A model generated the notes under the pieces. The model saw only the letters and a list, made by a program, of their open reading frames with translations. It was not told the DNA's origin and did no database searches. A stretch of DNA of 64,000 nt, from positions 434,001 to 498,000 of IMG/VR virus record IMGVR_UViG_3300050122_000263, one strand, 5' to 3'. Of the stretch, positions 40,359 through 49,573 are shown one piece after another (positions within the stretch are counted from its first letter, which is position 1; each line of letters starts with the position of its first letter). A program made the translations under genes and the position numbers.

Positions 40359-40838
40359 GTGATAGTAAAAGGCATGAGACAAGCAGTCACTTCAACCCAT
40401 GGTATAGTTCATATCTCATTACCTGAATGCTTCTACCTCAACCAAGATCCAATCCGAAATCAGCCCTTTGTTTGGGGCAACCTAGCACGCGAAGGCTCCT
40501 CAGCTCAGATAGCCTCTGAACAGTTTAAGGCGGAGATGCTGCAGAAACATCCCGTTCTGGTTAACACTCAAGTCTGGGCCCAAGTTAAGGAAGAAGATGA
40601 AGAGACGGTGACAATTAAGCCAGATATCTGTTTCCTCATCTCACTGATTCCAATTCAGGATAAGATGTTCAAGAAGCTTGACATCATGTCCCATGAGGCT
40701 ATGGAGCACGGCTTGTCGATTATCTCACAATCAGTGGATGTTGATGGCGTTACCTATCGTCTAGTCGTGATCATGGAGAGTGAAGTTCTGTCATTTGATG
40801 CCGTTCAGTTCGCCAAGATGCAATTCGCAGCCAAATAA
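40359..40838 (+). CDS. Hypothetical protein (GTG start; ATG MRQAV is plausible)
   Basis: 159-aa ORF bounded by hairpins. Confidence 0.6.
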   Translation: MIVKGMRQAVTSTHGIVHISLPECFYLNQDPIRNQPFVWGNLAREGSSAQIASEQFKAEMLQKHPVLVNTQVWAQVKEEDEETVTIKPDICFLISLIPIQDKMFKKLDIMSHEAMEHGLSIISQSVDVDGVTYRLVVIMESEVLSFDAVQFAKMQFAAK

Positions 40839-40920
40839 GTAGATGGTTTAACCCTATTTGTCAAAAACTCCCATTATACTTCATCAGTCAGACTGCCCGC
40901 TAAGTTAAGCGGAGCTTCAA

Positions 40921-40948
40921 AAAAAATACCTCATATGAGGTATTTTTT
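40921..40948. terminator. Perfect 28-bp palindrome between convergent genes
   Basis: aaaaaatacctcatatgaggtatttttt. Confidence 0.8.
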
Positions 40949-40957
40949 AATAATAGG

Positions 40958-41701
40958 CTATAGCAAGTCCTCCAATTTGGCTAGTACGAAAACAGCGGAT
41001 TTGACACAATCATCGAAGAACTTGTTGGATAGCTCTGGTGTGATAATGTTGAGGAGGGTCAGGCCACATGTGTCTCTTGCCATGGGGATGGTGGGATATT
41101 GATACTCATACTCATTATCGCGAGGAGACACGGAGGTGAAGAAATCCTCGTGGAAGGGGTCATCTGTGCCAACCTTACGGTTAAGATGGGCTGGTACGAC
41201 ATCATCAACACCAAGGACAGAAAAATTCTCAAGCCCTAGCACCTCAGGCGCCTGTTCAGCGTTGTGGGTGAGAGAGACGAGACAAGTGGGATGCAGTTCC
41301 CTTAACTTCTCAACAAAGAGATGAACGTGTTCAGTTCTATACCAACAGACAAGGTAGGGTCTTTGGATGATCTCATCCAATCCAGTGTAGGAGACATACT
41401 GCCTGTGAGGTTGGGAGTTAACAGTGATGCAGCCAAACAGATTGAGCTTAGTGAGCTGGGATACAATAGCCTCTGACTCTGAGTCGAGGCGATCAAGGTG
41501 AAGGGTGCTACAGATCAGGTTTCCTTGGATATTGAGAACATAGGCGGCCTGCAACTGCTCCACGCTACTTACGCTATACCACACACTTTGCTCGGATTCA
41601 CTATCGAGGGGATATTGAGAGAGATTGTAAGCGCTGTGTCCTTGCATGCTTGAGTGTCTTTCACGGCATGTATTACTGAAAACTGGGAATTCATTCTCCA
41701 C
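40958..41701 (-). CDS. Hypothetical protein with an MTHFR-C-terminal/DUF6919-like motif
   Basis: LNLFGCITVNSQP...IQRPYL resembles GfLTxxSQP...QRAY. Confidence 0.55.
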   Translation of the reverse strand: MENEFPVFSNTCRERHSSMQGHSAYNLSQYPLDSESEQSVWYSVSSVEQLQAAYVLNIQGNLICSTLHLDRLDSESEAIVSQLTKLNLFGCITVNSQPHRQYVSYTGLDEIIQRPYLVCWYRTEHVHLFVEKLRELHPTCLVSLTHNAEQAPEVLGLENFSVLGVDDVVPAHLNRKVGTDDPFHEDFFTSVSPRDNEYEYQYPTIPMARDTCGLTLLNIITPELSNKFFDDCVKSAVFVLAKLEDLL

Positions 41702-41843
41702 AGGCTTGTGTGGAGAATTATTATTTTAAAGGGCGAGTTGCTAAAGAAAAGAGTTGTTCTCTACAAATTTAAAACTATGAGCTTATTGATGCGAGACTTA
41801 CCTAGACTGCTTAATATATCACAACACAGAGACAACGGCCATA

Positions 41844-42605
41844 TTAACGCCCGGGTCTTACTCTTCTGATAGGTCGTTTGTTAGTTTGTTTACATGTCTT
41901 AAAATGGACGTGTTTAATTTTGCGTTGCTCTGCTCTGTTAACTTGGAGTTTATAGGTCTTGAGTGCCTGTTCATTCTGTTTATCAGCTACAATGCTTTGT
42001 TCAGCTCTAATGGCTACGTTGCAAATACAGAGTGTACGGCGCGGAGTCCAGCAGGTACACTCCCGAGCTGGCCACTGCACTTTTGGAATTTTCTCCGCAA
42101 TTCGGTTAAACAAACAGGGCTGCAAGTGCACATAACTCGAGTTATGTTCTTGACATAGAGAACTGCAGCTGTAAGGATTGAAACTTTGCAGATTGAAACA
42201 ACCAGCTATAAGACAATAACAATCCGGAATAAAGACTGGTTCTGCTAGAAACTGACGCAGGAAACGTTTATATCCATCCCCTTGCCAATTATCCCTAGAA
42301 CATCCGGGTACACCCGTCATACCCTCTTCTCCCATAGCCCATCCTTGATTCAATGCGTCTGTTTGTCTGATAACACGTTCCGAGGTGCAATCATGACAGC
42401 GCTGATACATCTGATGTGGTTGATAGTCATCAACTGGGCCAAAACAACGGGAGCAGTATTTATGATAGATATATTGCATCTGGAAGGAGTCACGCCAAGA
42501 GAGAATACGGGGCTTCTCCGCACTATAGGGTGCCTGTGTTAGGGTGATCTGTTCAAATTGATAGCGCTCGGCTTCGAGCTGCCAGAAGGGCTCTTGATTC
42601 AGCAT
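41844..42605 (-). CDS. Cys/His-rich hypothetical protein (start revised to MLNQEPF)
   Basis: The computed start at 42734 overlaps the upstream gene and spans that gene's hairpin (42618-42644); the next ATG is at 42605. Confidence 0.6.
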   Translation of the reverse strand: MLNQEPFWQLEAERYQFEQITLTQAPYSAEKPRILSWRDSFQMQYIYHKYCSRCFGPVDDYQPHQMYQRCHDCTSERVIRQTDALNQGWAMGEEGMTGVPGCSRDNWQGDGYKRFLRQFLAEPVFIPDCYCLIAGCFNLQSFNPYSCSSLCQEHNSSYVHLQPCLFNRIAEKIPKVQWPARECTCWTPRRTLCICNVAIRAEQSIVADKQNEQALKTYKLQVNRAEQRKIKHVHFKTCKQTNKRPIRRVRPGR

Positions 42606-42617
42606 ATCTTTTGAGAT

Positions 42618-42644
42618 AAAATTTCTCACCTTATGAGAAATTTT
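42618..42644. terminator. Hairpin downstream of 42658..43290
   Basis: aaaatttctca-cctta-tgagaaatttt. Confidence 0.7.
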
Positions 42645-42657
42645 AAAATTAGAGCGA

Positions 42658-43290
42658 CTAGTAATGCTGATTGGTGATGATGGCCAGAATAGAGGCGATG
42701 ACAATGGCGTAGATTGCGAAACGGTAAATCTCATTGCACATCAGGCCATCATTGGCATCCTCATCTGCAAATTCTGTTTCAACAACGTCAACAGCTGCAG
42801 CCTTATCGTCGGGCTCTTCGGCTGTATCACTAGAATCGTCAGAATCTTCAGCAGTCTTCTCAATTTCACCATTATCGGGTGAAGAAGCATCCTGTACATC
42901 TAGATCATCAGCAATGGGCTTTGTGTTAAAGTATGGGATCTGCTCAGGCAAGACCGGTTTGGTGATCTTACCCTCCTCCTGCATATCATAAATGTTACCG
43001 AGTAACTTATGAGCATGTTGTAGTTCGGAATAGATGAGACGTTCAAGCTCAGCCCGGGTACACACTCCAATCGTGCCCGCTATCCCGACTGCCCCTGATC
43101 CAGCGCTCTGTCTGGCAATATAGCCGCAAAGATCATGTAGGAACGTATTAAACGTGCGGGCTAGTTGGCGTAACTGCTCGTCAGTATATTCTGACATAGA
43201 ATGAGGCGGTATGCCCAAGTGGAAGGGGCAAAATGAGTCATAAACTTTAAGCCAAAGTTCATATTGAGTAGGATCCCTTTCCTTGTTCAT
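42658..43290 (-). CDS. Tail-anchored membrane protein, family member 1
   Basis: LWLKVY...SMSEYTDEQL...GKITKPVLPEQIPYFN; C-terminal TM. Confidence 0.7.
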   Translation of the reverse strand: MNKERDPTQYELWLKVYDSFCPFHLGIPPHSMSEYTDEQLRQLARTFNTFLHDLCGYIARQSAGSGAVGIAGTIGVCTRAELERLIYSELQHAHKLLGNIYDMQEEGKITKPVLPEQIPYFNTKPIADDLDVQDASSPDNGEIEKTAEDSDDSSDTAEEPDDKAAAVDVVETEFADEDANDGLMCNEIYRFAIYAIVIASILAIITNQHY

Positions 43291-43439
43291 CTTTTAATGG
43301 GAAAGTCTCTACACTAGCTTCCTGATCAATTACAGTTTCTCACCACAATCTTCCACGGTGTTCTCAACTTGAGTTCAAGATACCTTCCTGCTTCTATCTG
43401 TCTGTGAAAAATTGTCTCTGGTGATTTCCCTTTATTATC

Positions 43440-43461
43440 AATACCCAAAGCATTGGGTATT
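43440..43461. terminator. Hairpin downstream of 43476..43895
   Basis: aatacccaa-agca-ttgggtatt followed by a T run. Confidence 0.65.
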
Positions 43462-43475
43462 TTTTTAGAGATATG

Positions 43476-43895
43476 CTAGACTGAATCAGTGGCTGGAGTA
43501 GGCTGATTCGAGTTGTTTGAGTCAAATACTTTGTCTAAGAGCTCTATAAATAAACTCTTAGATGAAGTGCGTTGAGACATCATGTGATTCATCTTTTCTA
43601 GCCATGGGTTAAACCCTTTCTTCTCCATGCAGGCAGCTGCATATCTCAGGTAGAAATCTTTCAAGTCTTTATCCGGCATGACAGTCAAGAGTTCAGCTTC
43701 TAGTAGCTCCAGCTCAGAATCTACGACTGGATCTATCGAGTCAGGAAGTGTGGTGGGTTTCACCGTCTGTATGGGTAGGATAGAAGGAGGTTGCTCGTAA
43801 TGGACAGCTCTACCTGAGAGGATTTCGTGTACTCTTTCTGCGCCTTTAGTAAGGCGTTCATCGCGTCTGTCGGGATCCAGGTTTGTAGAGTGCAT
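43476..43895 (-). CDS. Hypothetical protein
   Basis: 139-aa ATG ORF followed by a hairpin. Confidence 0.65.
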   Translation of the reverse strand: MHSTNLDPDRRDERLTKGAERVHEILSGRAVHYEQPPSILPIQTVKPTTLPDSIDPVVDSELELLEAELLTVMPDKDLKDFYLRYAAACMEKKGFNPWLEKMNHMMSQRTSSKSLFIELLDKVFDSNNSNQPTPATDSV

Positions 43896-44057
43896 GCTGT
43901 GTCTTCGTTTAAATTCTGCTCAAACTCAGCTGTTGCTAGACAGTTCTAGCAATGGGTTTCTATAAGACAGGGGATGTAGTCACACAACTTAACCTGTGTG
44001 ATTAGTGTAACTTAATACAGATTTCTTTACCCTCATTATAAGGATATTAATTGAGTG

Positions 44058-44079
44058 GAAATATCTGAGTAGATATTTC
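44058..44079. terminator. Hairpin downstream of 44088..44699
   Basis: gaaatatct-gagt-agatatttc. Confidence 0.65.
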
Positions 44080-44087
44080 TTAACAGC

Positions 44088-44699
44088 CTAGATCAGAATC
44101 GGGAAGAAGGTGGAGAAGATAGCCACTGCTAGTATTAAATAGCAAGCCCATTTATTGATGTTGCTAGCAGTTTGAGATAGGGAAAGATCCTTGCCTGATA
44201 GTTTGCTCCTTGGAACTGGACTATCTCGTAGACTGGTCGTTTCTTGCATGCGTTCTAGTTTGCCCATATATCTCATGTAATTAGGCTTCTCAGGGAAAGA
44301 GAAATCTGTGATCTTATTAGCCTCATTCAACTCCTCGATCTGGATGAAATGGCTTTCAAGGCGTTGCAGCTTAGCACGGATAGAACGGATTGTGCTACTA
44401 GCATCAATGAACTTAATCAGAACTGGTGCTAAAGCCAGCCCAAATCTAAGCTCTACACCTTGGCGTGAGAGGAAAACAGTCACATCATACAACAAGGCAT
44501 GGACAGCATAGTAGATTTGCTCGAGCTCTTGATCCCCATAGCTATCCAGAGACACAGCGAACTGCTCGAATGGCAGCGGTGCAATAGTGCCATACAACTC
44601 TAACCAGCGGTGATATGCCTGTAGTTGGCCATCTCCTTGTATCACAAGTGTCTCAACCTGGCCGCAAAGGTATGTTGGCAGCTCAGTACTCCCCTGCAT
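44088..44699 (-). CDS. Tail-anchored membrane protein, family member 2
   Basis: RWLELY...VSLDSYGDQEL...NKITDFSFPEKPNY; C-terminal TM. Confidence 0.7.
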   Translation of the reverse strand: MQGSTELPTYLCGQVETLVIQGDGQLQAYHRWLELYGTIAPLPFEQFAVSLDSYGDQELEQIYYAVHALLYDVTVFLSRQGVELRFGLALAPVLIKFIDASSTIRSIRAKLQRLESHFIQIEELNEANKITDFSFPEKPNYMRYMGKLERMQETTSLRDSPVPRSKLSGKDLSLSQTASNINKWACYLILAVAIFSTFFPILI

Positions 44700-44756
44700 C
44701 TTATCTATTTCTTATTCTTAGCTTAAGACACTGAAGTTTTTAGCATCTCAAGCATC

Positions 44757-45272
44757 TCAAGCTTCCAGTGCATCTTCCCGAGCCAAGTTTGAACGTGTTA
44801 GTAGCTCATATTCCTGTAACGACCTACTGATGTTGGGAGACCAGATGCAACGTAGTAGAATTAAACCAGCCAGAATGGTACCGATACCAGTTAGCATGAG
44901 GAAGAGGAAAGTGCCGGAGAAGTCGTCCTTGGAGGGTAACACTCTAAGCACACCGAAGGAATTGAAACAGAACACTTCTTTGCCTATTGGGTATAAGCCC
45001 CCATCACAGCTTGATGTTAGGTTCTTGGGACAGGAGTAGTGTTCTCTACATTTGGCCTTTGCAGCCGCTGTCTCATTGCTGGGTAGCAGAACAGTCACTA
45101 TTCCATAGATAGCGCAGCCATTCTCATCAGCCTGTGCTTGGGTGCCATAAACCGACTTGACCCAGCAAGTGGTGTTATCAAATTGGGAGATCTTTATACC
45201 TAAGGCAAAGAAGCCTATGCCACCTAGCAGCAGTATTATATTGAGAACCACAGCGCAAACTCTACCACTCAT
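44757..45272 (-). CDS. Two-TM protein with Cys-rich loop, family member 1
   Basis: TM-C.V..V.GT....C.IYGIVTVLL...C....C...C.GG.Y.IG..VFC...FG.L.V-TM. Confidence 0.75.
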   Translation of the reverse strand: MSGRVCAVVLNIILLLGGIGFFALGIKISQFDNTTCWVKSVYGTQAQADENGCAIYGIVTVLLPSNETAAAKAKCREHYSCPKNLTSSCDGGLYPIGKEVFCFNSFGVLRVLPSKDDFSGTFLFLMLTGIGTILAGLILLRCIWSPNISRSLQEYELLTRSNLAREDALEA

Positions 45273-45372
45273 CTCAACCTGCTGCTGGTAAGCTTTATTA
45301 TTGCTGCTAACACTTATGACTGATTATGAACAAATACCTGAATAATTCAACTCGTAAGTTGAGTTTTTAAGC

Positions 45373-47526
45373 TCAGCGGATACTGGCCATCATCTCATCA
45401 ACTTCGGTGTCATGTTGGAAGAACAGCTTCAAGTAATGGGTGGCACTGCCAATGAAGATGGTGCTATTCTCTCGAATACAGAGTTTCTCTGTCATAACAC
45501 CCTTAACATGAGTTGAAATGGAAGTGTTGAGGCGCTTAATCACGCCGTCTCTAGCATCGATGGCTGGCATACCTGAGAAGAGAGTTCGGTAGAAGCTGGG
45601 TAACTTGTTAAGAGAGGCGTACATCTGTGAGATCGCTTTTCCCACCGATATATCAACTTGCTGTGTTCCAACCGTCATGATAACAGAAACTGGATAGGGA
45701 TAACCAGGTCCCTTCCACTGCCGCATATACATGCCAGCCTGGAACAGCTTGATCAAAGCGGTCTTAATCAAGAGCTTGTCGTCGCTCTCGAGCTGACGGA
45801 ACTGTAACAGTAGTGAGCGATCAGATCTCTCGAGCTCTATACCCAGCTTAAGGGCTTGATCGATAGACTGAATCAACTCCTGCACAGAGCCGAGCCACCA
45901 TGGCTTACTTGAAATGAGAGATCGAAGTTGTTTCACCTGTGCTCTCGAGAAATAGGTAGTTGGATCGTGAGGCTTGCGGAAAGAGTAGATTCCGTCCTCA
46001 TTAGCAGAGAAGGCCCAGATTAAGTCGTTGATCTCGTAAACCTGGTAGGAGAGCCAGGTGCCATAAGCCACGAATGGTAGGTTGGCAGTGACTTCACTCA
46101 GACTGGAGAGAGTAGTTTGATTGGTTGCGTAGTGTCGTCGTGCATCAACAGGCATGAAAAAGTTGGGCTCAGCGTAGAGGCGGCTGACTGTGTTTATCAA
46201 CTCCTCCCTACTCGTATAATAAGGAAAGACGCCAGTCTGGCGAATAATAGCGATATCTGTCAACTCTTGCAGGTAGCCCAAGCGCCACTCGCTAACCTTG
46301 AAGATGGGGTCTTGTGGTGCAACTACAATGCGCTCAGGTTGAATATAGCGACATGCCACCAGATTATCAAATAAGTATGTTTTCCTAGTATCGTCATCCA
46401 TCAAGGGAGTACTACAAGTTGAGATACTTAGAGAAGCATGCCCACAGTTGAATGGGACCAAACCATACATGTGATAGACAGGGCTGGGAGCGAGATCACC
46501 CACCAGCAGGCGTTCAGCGATGCTGGGAGCTTGCACCAAGATCTTATAGATAGGCATACCATCATGAAATTTGACAAGTAGTTCCTGTTGTTTGTCAAAG
46601 TCGATGCGAGATAACCGGGCATGTCTTTCGCTGAAATCGGATGGTAGCTGTCTCAAGACAATGGCTTTAATCTGCTCCTTTCTTGAAAGCACACCAGCAG
46701 CTGGAAACTTCGGAAAGAAGGCCTGATCTAGAAGAGCCTGTAAGAGCAGAGGAGATAATGTGTTAAGCTTCAGACTCATTGCCTTAGGCAGGGGTCCTCT
46801 AGCCAGGTAGTAGCAATAGACTAAGTATTTACCAATATCCCGTCTCTCCTTCAGCGTGTTGGGAATGAAGAACTTGAAAATCTCGGCCCATATCAGTAGG
46901 TTGATCTTTGACGTGGTGGGCAGTTGTTGTACAGGAATCGTGTAAATCTGAAAGAGCCAGGCCGGTTCTATTTGGTCTATGGCCCTCAACTTCTCGACGT
47001 TGAGCTCTTCTATTGAGATGTCCCGATGGATGTAGACAGAGTGCACGTCAGGAGGAGTCAGCCCATCATAGACATTGTATTCTTGTGCGATAGCCAGCAT
47101 CTGTTTGACTTCTGGATCATTCAGATCCACAGGTGGTAGGGTTATGACCTGAGGTTGGATTTGAGCCTGTAGTTGAGTCTCGAGCCGCAGGAAATCGTTC
47201 AGCGTGATCTCATCACGCCCAGTTAACTGTCTCAATGTCCCCATGTCAATAGGGGCAGCTAAGGTATCGTTTTCACGTAGACCGTCAATTTCAACATTGC
47301 GGCGTTGACCTGGGTGTGCCATGATAGCAGCACCGAAGAGATGAGCAAGCAAGGCTGCAGCATTATCAGTCATCTGATCAACATCATCTCCCGCTTGACC
47401 CGTATCCACATCAGCTCCAGCTACACCTAAAGCCAGACCTACACCTTCATCTACACCCGCCTCCTCACCCGCAGCATTTTCAAACTCCTCAGTTAAGTTG
47501 CGGTTTACAGGCGGACGACGGGCCAT
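45373..47526 (-). CDS. Giant-virus conserved hypothetical protein with acidic N-terminus
   Basis: 717 aa; LFQAGMYMRQWKGPGYPYP and CIRENS motifs recalled from Pimascovirales-type hypothetical proteins. Confidence 0.65.
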   Translation of the reverse strand: MARRPPVNRNLTEEFENAAGEEAGVDEGVGLALGVAGADVDTGQAGDDVDQMTDNAAALLAHLFGAAIMAHPGQRRNVEIDGLRENDTLAAPIDMGTLRQLTGRDEITLNDFLRLETQLQAQIQPQVITLPPVDLNDPEVKQMLAIAQEYNVYDGLTPPDVHSVYIHRDISIEELNVEKLRAIDQIEPAWLFQIYTIPVQQLPTTSKINLLIWAEIFKFFIPNTLKERRDIGKYLVYCYYLARGPLPKAMSLKLNTLSPLLLQALLDQAFFPKFPAAGVLSRKEQIKAIVLRQLPSDFSERHARLSRIDFDKQQELLVKFHDGMPIYKILVQAPSIAERLLVGDLAPSPVYHMYGLVPFNCGHASLSISTCSTPLMDDDTRKTYLFDNLVACRYIQPERIVVAPQDPIFKVSEWRLGYLQELTDIAIIRQTGVFPYYTSREELINTVSRLYAEPNFFMPVDARRHYATNQTTLSSLSEVTANLPFVAYGTWLSYQVYEINDLIWAFSANEDGIYSFRKPHDPTTYFSRAQVKQLRSLISSKPWWLGSVQELIQSIDQALKLGIELERSDRSLLLQFRQLESDDKLLIKTALIKLFQAGMYMRQWKGPGYPYPVSVIMTVGTQQVDISVGKAISQMYASLNKLPSFYRTLFSGMPAIDARDGVIKRLNTSISTHVKGVMTEKLCIRENSTIFIGSATHYLKLFFQHDTEVDEMMASIR

Positions 47527-47664
47527 TTACTGAGCAACCAAGCAGTTCCGTTTTAATCTATTTTATCTTTATTCTTCAATTTTCTCATTTTAATGACCCT
47601 ATATTTGAGATGAGAGATGGTTTCTGTTTGATAGATAATGTAGCATGTAATTTTACCTGCTACG

Positions 47665-48249
47665 TTAGAGTGCGAAGATAGCTACGATAATCGCTATGAA
47701 CATGGGATAGAAGGCCACAATGAAAGCGAGATACAGCACAAGTTGTAACATCATCGATGACTGCTCTAAATCCCCATCTTGGGGATCAAGGGCTATGCCT
47801 AACACATGTGTCTGGCGACGCTCTGATGAGGGCATCCAGCGAATGTGAAGTTTTAATTTCACCTGGCTACCATCTCGGTTATAATTTGGGCTCTGGGGTA
47901 TCATCCAGTTGGTGATCTGACCATAGAGCTCTAGCCGTGAAATCTCATCGTGACAACTTTGAATTTGTAACAGTCGATACCAAATCTCTGTGATTAAAGA
48001 CTCTCGTTTTGTGATGAATGGATTGGTTTGATTATAGCGATCCAGTTTAAGTATAGTGGGTTGAGCTGTCAGGAAATCCTGCAGATCATCTAGATGCTGA
48101 GATATAGAGCGATTTAAACGCTCTAGTTGGTTCAGATGCATCCCTTCGAGGGAGACAGCCAGGTGGGGTGGTGCTAAAGTTGAGATTGTATGATATAACA
48201 TGACCCATTGCTGAGCCACATTTAAGCTTAAGTATGGCATTGCTACCAC
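47665..48249 (-). CDS. Tail-anchored membrane protein, family member 3
   Basis: QWVMLY...VSLEGMHLNQL...GQITNWMIPQSPNYN; C-terminal TM. Confidence 0.7.
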   Translation of the reverse strand: MVAMPYLSLNVAQQWVMLYHTISTLAPPHLAVSLEGMHLNQLERLNRSISQHLDDLQDFLTAQPTILKLDRYNQTNPFITKRESLITEIWYRLLQIQSCHDEISRLELYGQITNWMIPQSPNYNRDGSQVKLKLHIRWMPSSERRQTHVLGIALDPQDGDLEQSSMMLQLVLYLAFIVAFYPMFIAIIVAIFAL

Positions 48250-48334
48250 TCGGGTCCAACTGTGATGATGGATTTATTTGTCTCTCTATTAACTGCAATT
48301 ACTTGTTGAGATCAAGGGCTCAGCACTTGGAAGG

Positions 48335-48973
48335 TTGAGTGGGAGCACACAGCATTTAAGCCATGCTGTATTGTTAAAATCTGAACCAACTAATCTTAAG
48401 CTCTTTGCAGTTCAGAAAAAGATGTGTTCTGTTTCGCGAGTGGCAGGCATGATTTTTGGCCTAGTTATCGTGTTGGTCGGTGCAACCCTGGTGGCTGTCG
48501 GGGCCAAGGTGGGTCGAGGTCAGGAGATCAGTTGTCAGGTTAAGGCTATGGTGGGTACGCGGGTGCAGATGAATAATGACAACTGCATGGTCTACGGCAC
48601 CATCACGGTCATGTTGACTGATGAGCAACTTATCCCGATCGAGAATGTAGCATGTAAAATAGCATCTCTCTGTCCTAACAGCACAAGCTTGAATAGTGGC
48701 TGTGATGATGGCTATTACAAGACTGGGCAACCAGGCTATTGTTACAGAGCATTCGGTATCCTGGGCATTGAGCCAAATAAGATCAGGTTTCCGAGTCTGT
48801 TTATTGTTCTGATCACATTCGGAGCTCTTATGATTATAGCTGGGCTCATGTTGATTGTGGTGATTGGACGCTTACTCAACAGGACGCCTGAACTTAAAGT
48901 TGATGACTTTGAATTTCTAGATAGAGTTGAGGCTCACAAATTGTTGTCTGGTACACATTACCAAATTCCTTAA
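48335..48973 (+). CDS. Two-TM protein with Cys-rich loop, family member 2 (real start probably MCSVSR)
   Basis: CQVKAMVGT...CMVYGTITVML...C...C...CDDGYY..G...CY...G. Confidence 0.75.
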   Translation: MSGSTQHLSHAVLLKSEPTNLKLFAVQKKMCSVSRVAGMIFGLVIVLVGATLVAVGAKVGRGQEISCQVKAMVGTRVQMNNDNCMVYGTITVMLTDEQLIPIENVACKIASLCPNSTSLNSGCDDGYYKTGQPGYCYRAFGILGIEPNKIRFPSLFIVLITFGALMIIAGLMLIVVIGRLLNRTPELKVDDFEFLDRVEAHKLLSGTHYQIP

Positions 48974-49028
48974 GTGCAACTTATACCATGTTTAAGTATA
49001 AGTGGAAAATATAACAGTCTAAAAGCAA

Positions 49029-49511
49029 ATGCATTATTCAGCCACCACTCCAGAGAACGCCCTATACATACAAGGTTATCAGCATGGACGACAGGAAGCA
49101 GAGGATGCTCAGGCAGAATATGTGGTTCTAGCCCCCGAACCCGAGGATTATGTTGAGCCCGCTGTGGCTATCACAATTGACACCTATGAATTGGGCGAGA
49201 ATGACAAGAAGACCAAGACACTGAGTCACATCTTCTACGGTGATGATCTACAACGTGCAGCAGCAATAGCCCACTCCCACCTAATCAGTGACTATTTCTA
49301 TTCTTCCTCATTCGTTGGGGAGATGTCCTGGCGCAACAAAACACTGCGCTTTACCAACTGTGGTCAGATAGTTGGAGTCTATAATCTCAGTGAGGCTGAA
49401 GCGGCTGAGCTGCTGGGTAAGTTGATACAGGCTGCCCAAGAGATCCACCAAGAGCAGGATCGCGATGCTATTGGCAAAGTTGTCAATCAACTCAGCCTTA
49501 AGTTCAAGTGA
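49029..49511 (+). CDS. Hypothetical protein
   Basis: 160-aa ORF; N-terminal YIQGYQHG motif. Confidence 0.65.
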   Translation: MHYSATTPENALYIQGYQHGRQEAEDAQAEYVVLAPEPEDYVEPAVAITIDTYELGENDKKTKTLSHIFYGDDLQRAAAIAHSHLISDYFYSSSFVGEMSWRNKTLRFTNCGQIVGVYNLSEAEAAELLGKLIQAAQEIHQEQDRDAIGKVVNQLSLKFK

Positions 49512-49542
49512 ACCATAATATGTGATGGAAACTATCATGTAA

Positions 49543-49566
49543 ATTTATCCCACGTCTGGGATAAAT
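49543..49566. terminator. Bidirectional hairpin between convergent genes
   Basis: atttatccca-cgtc-tgggataaat. Confidence 0.7.
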
Positions 49567-49573
49567 GAAGTTT

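Noticed and set aside
42606-42734. 5' extension of ORF 41844..42734
   Set aside because: It overlaps the upstream gene's end and its hairpin; the ATG at 42605 is more plausible.
44742-44762. agcatctca tandem duplication at the end of 44757..45272
   Set aside because: Two 9-bp copies; trivial slippage with no evident function.
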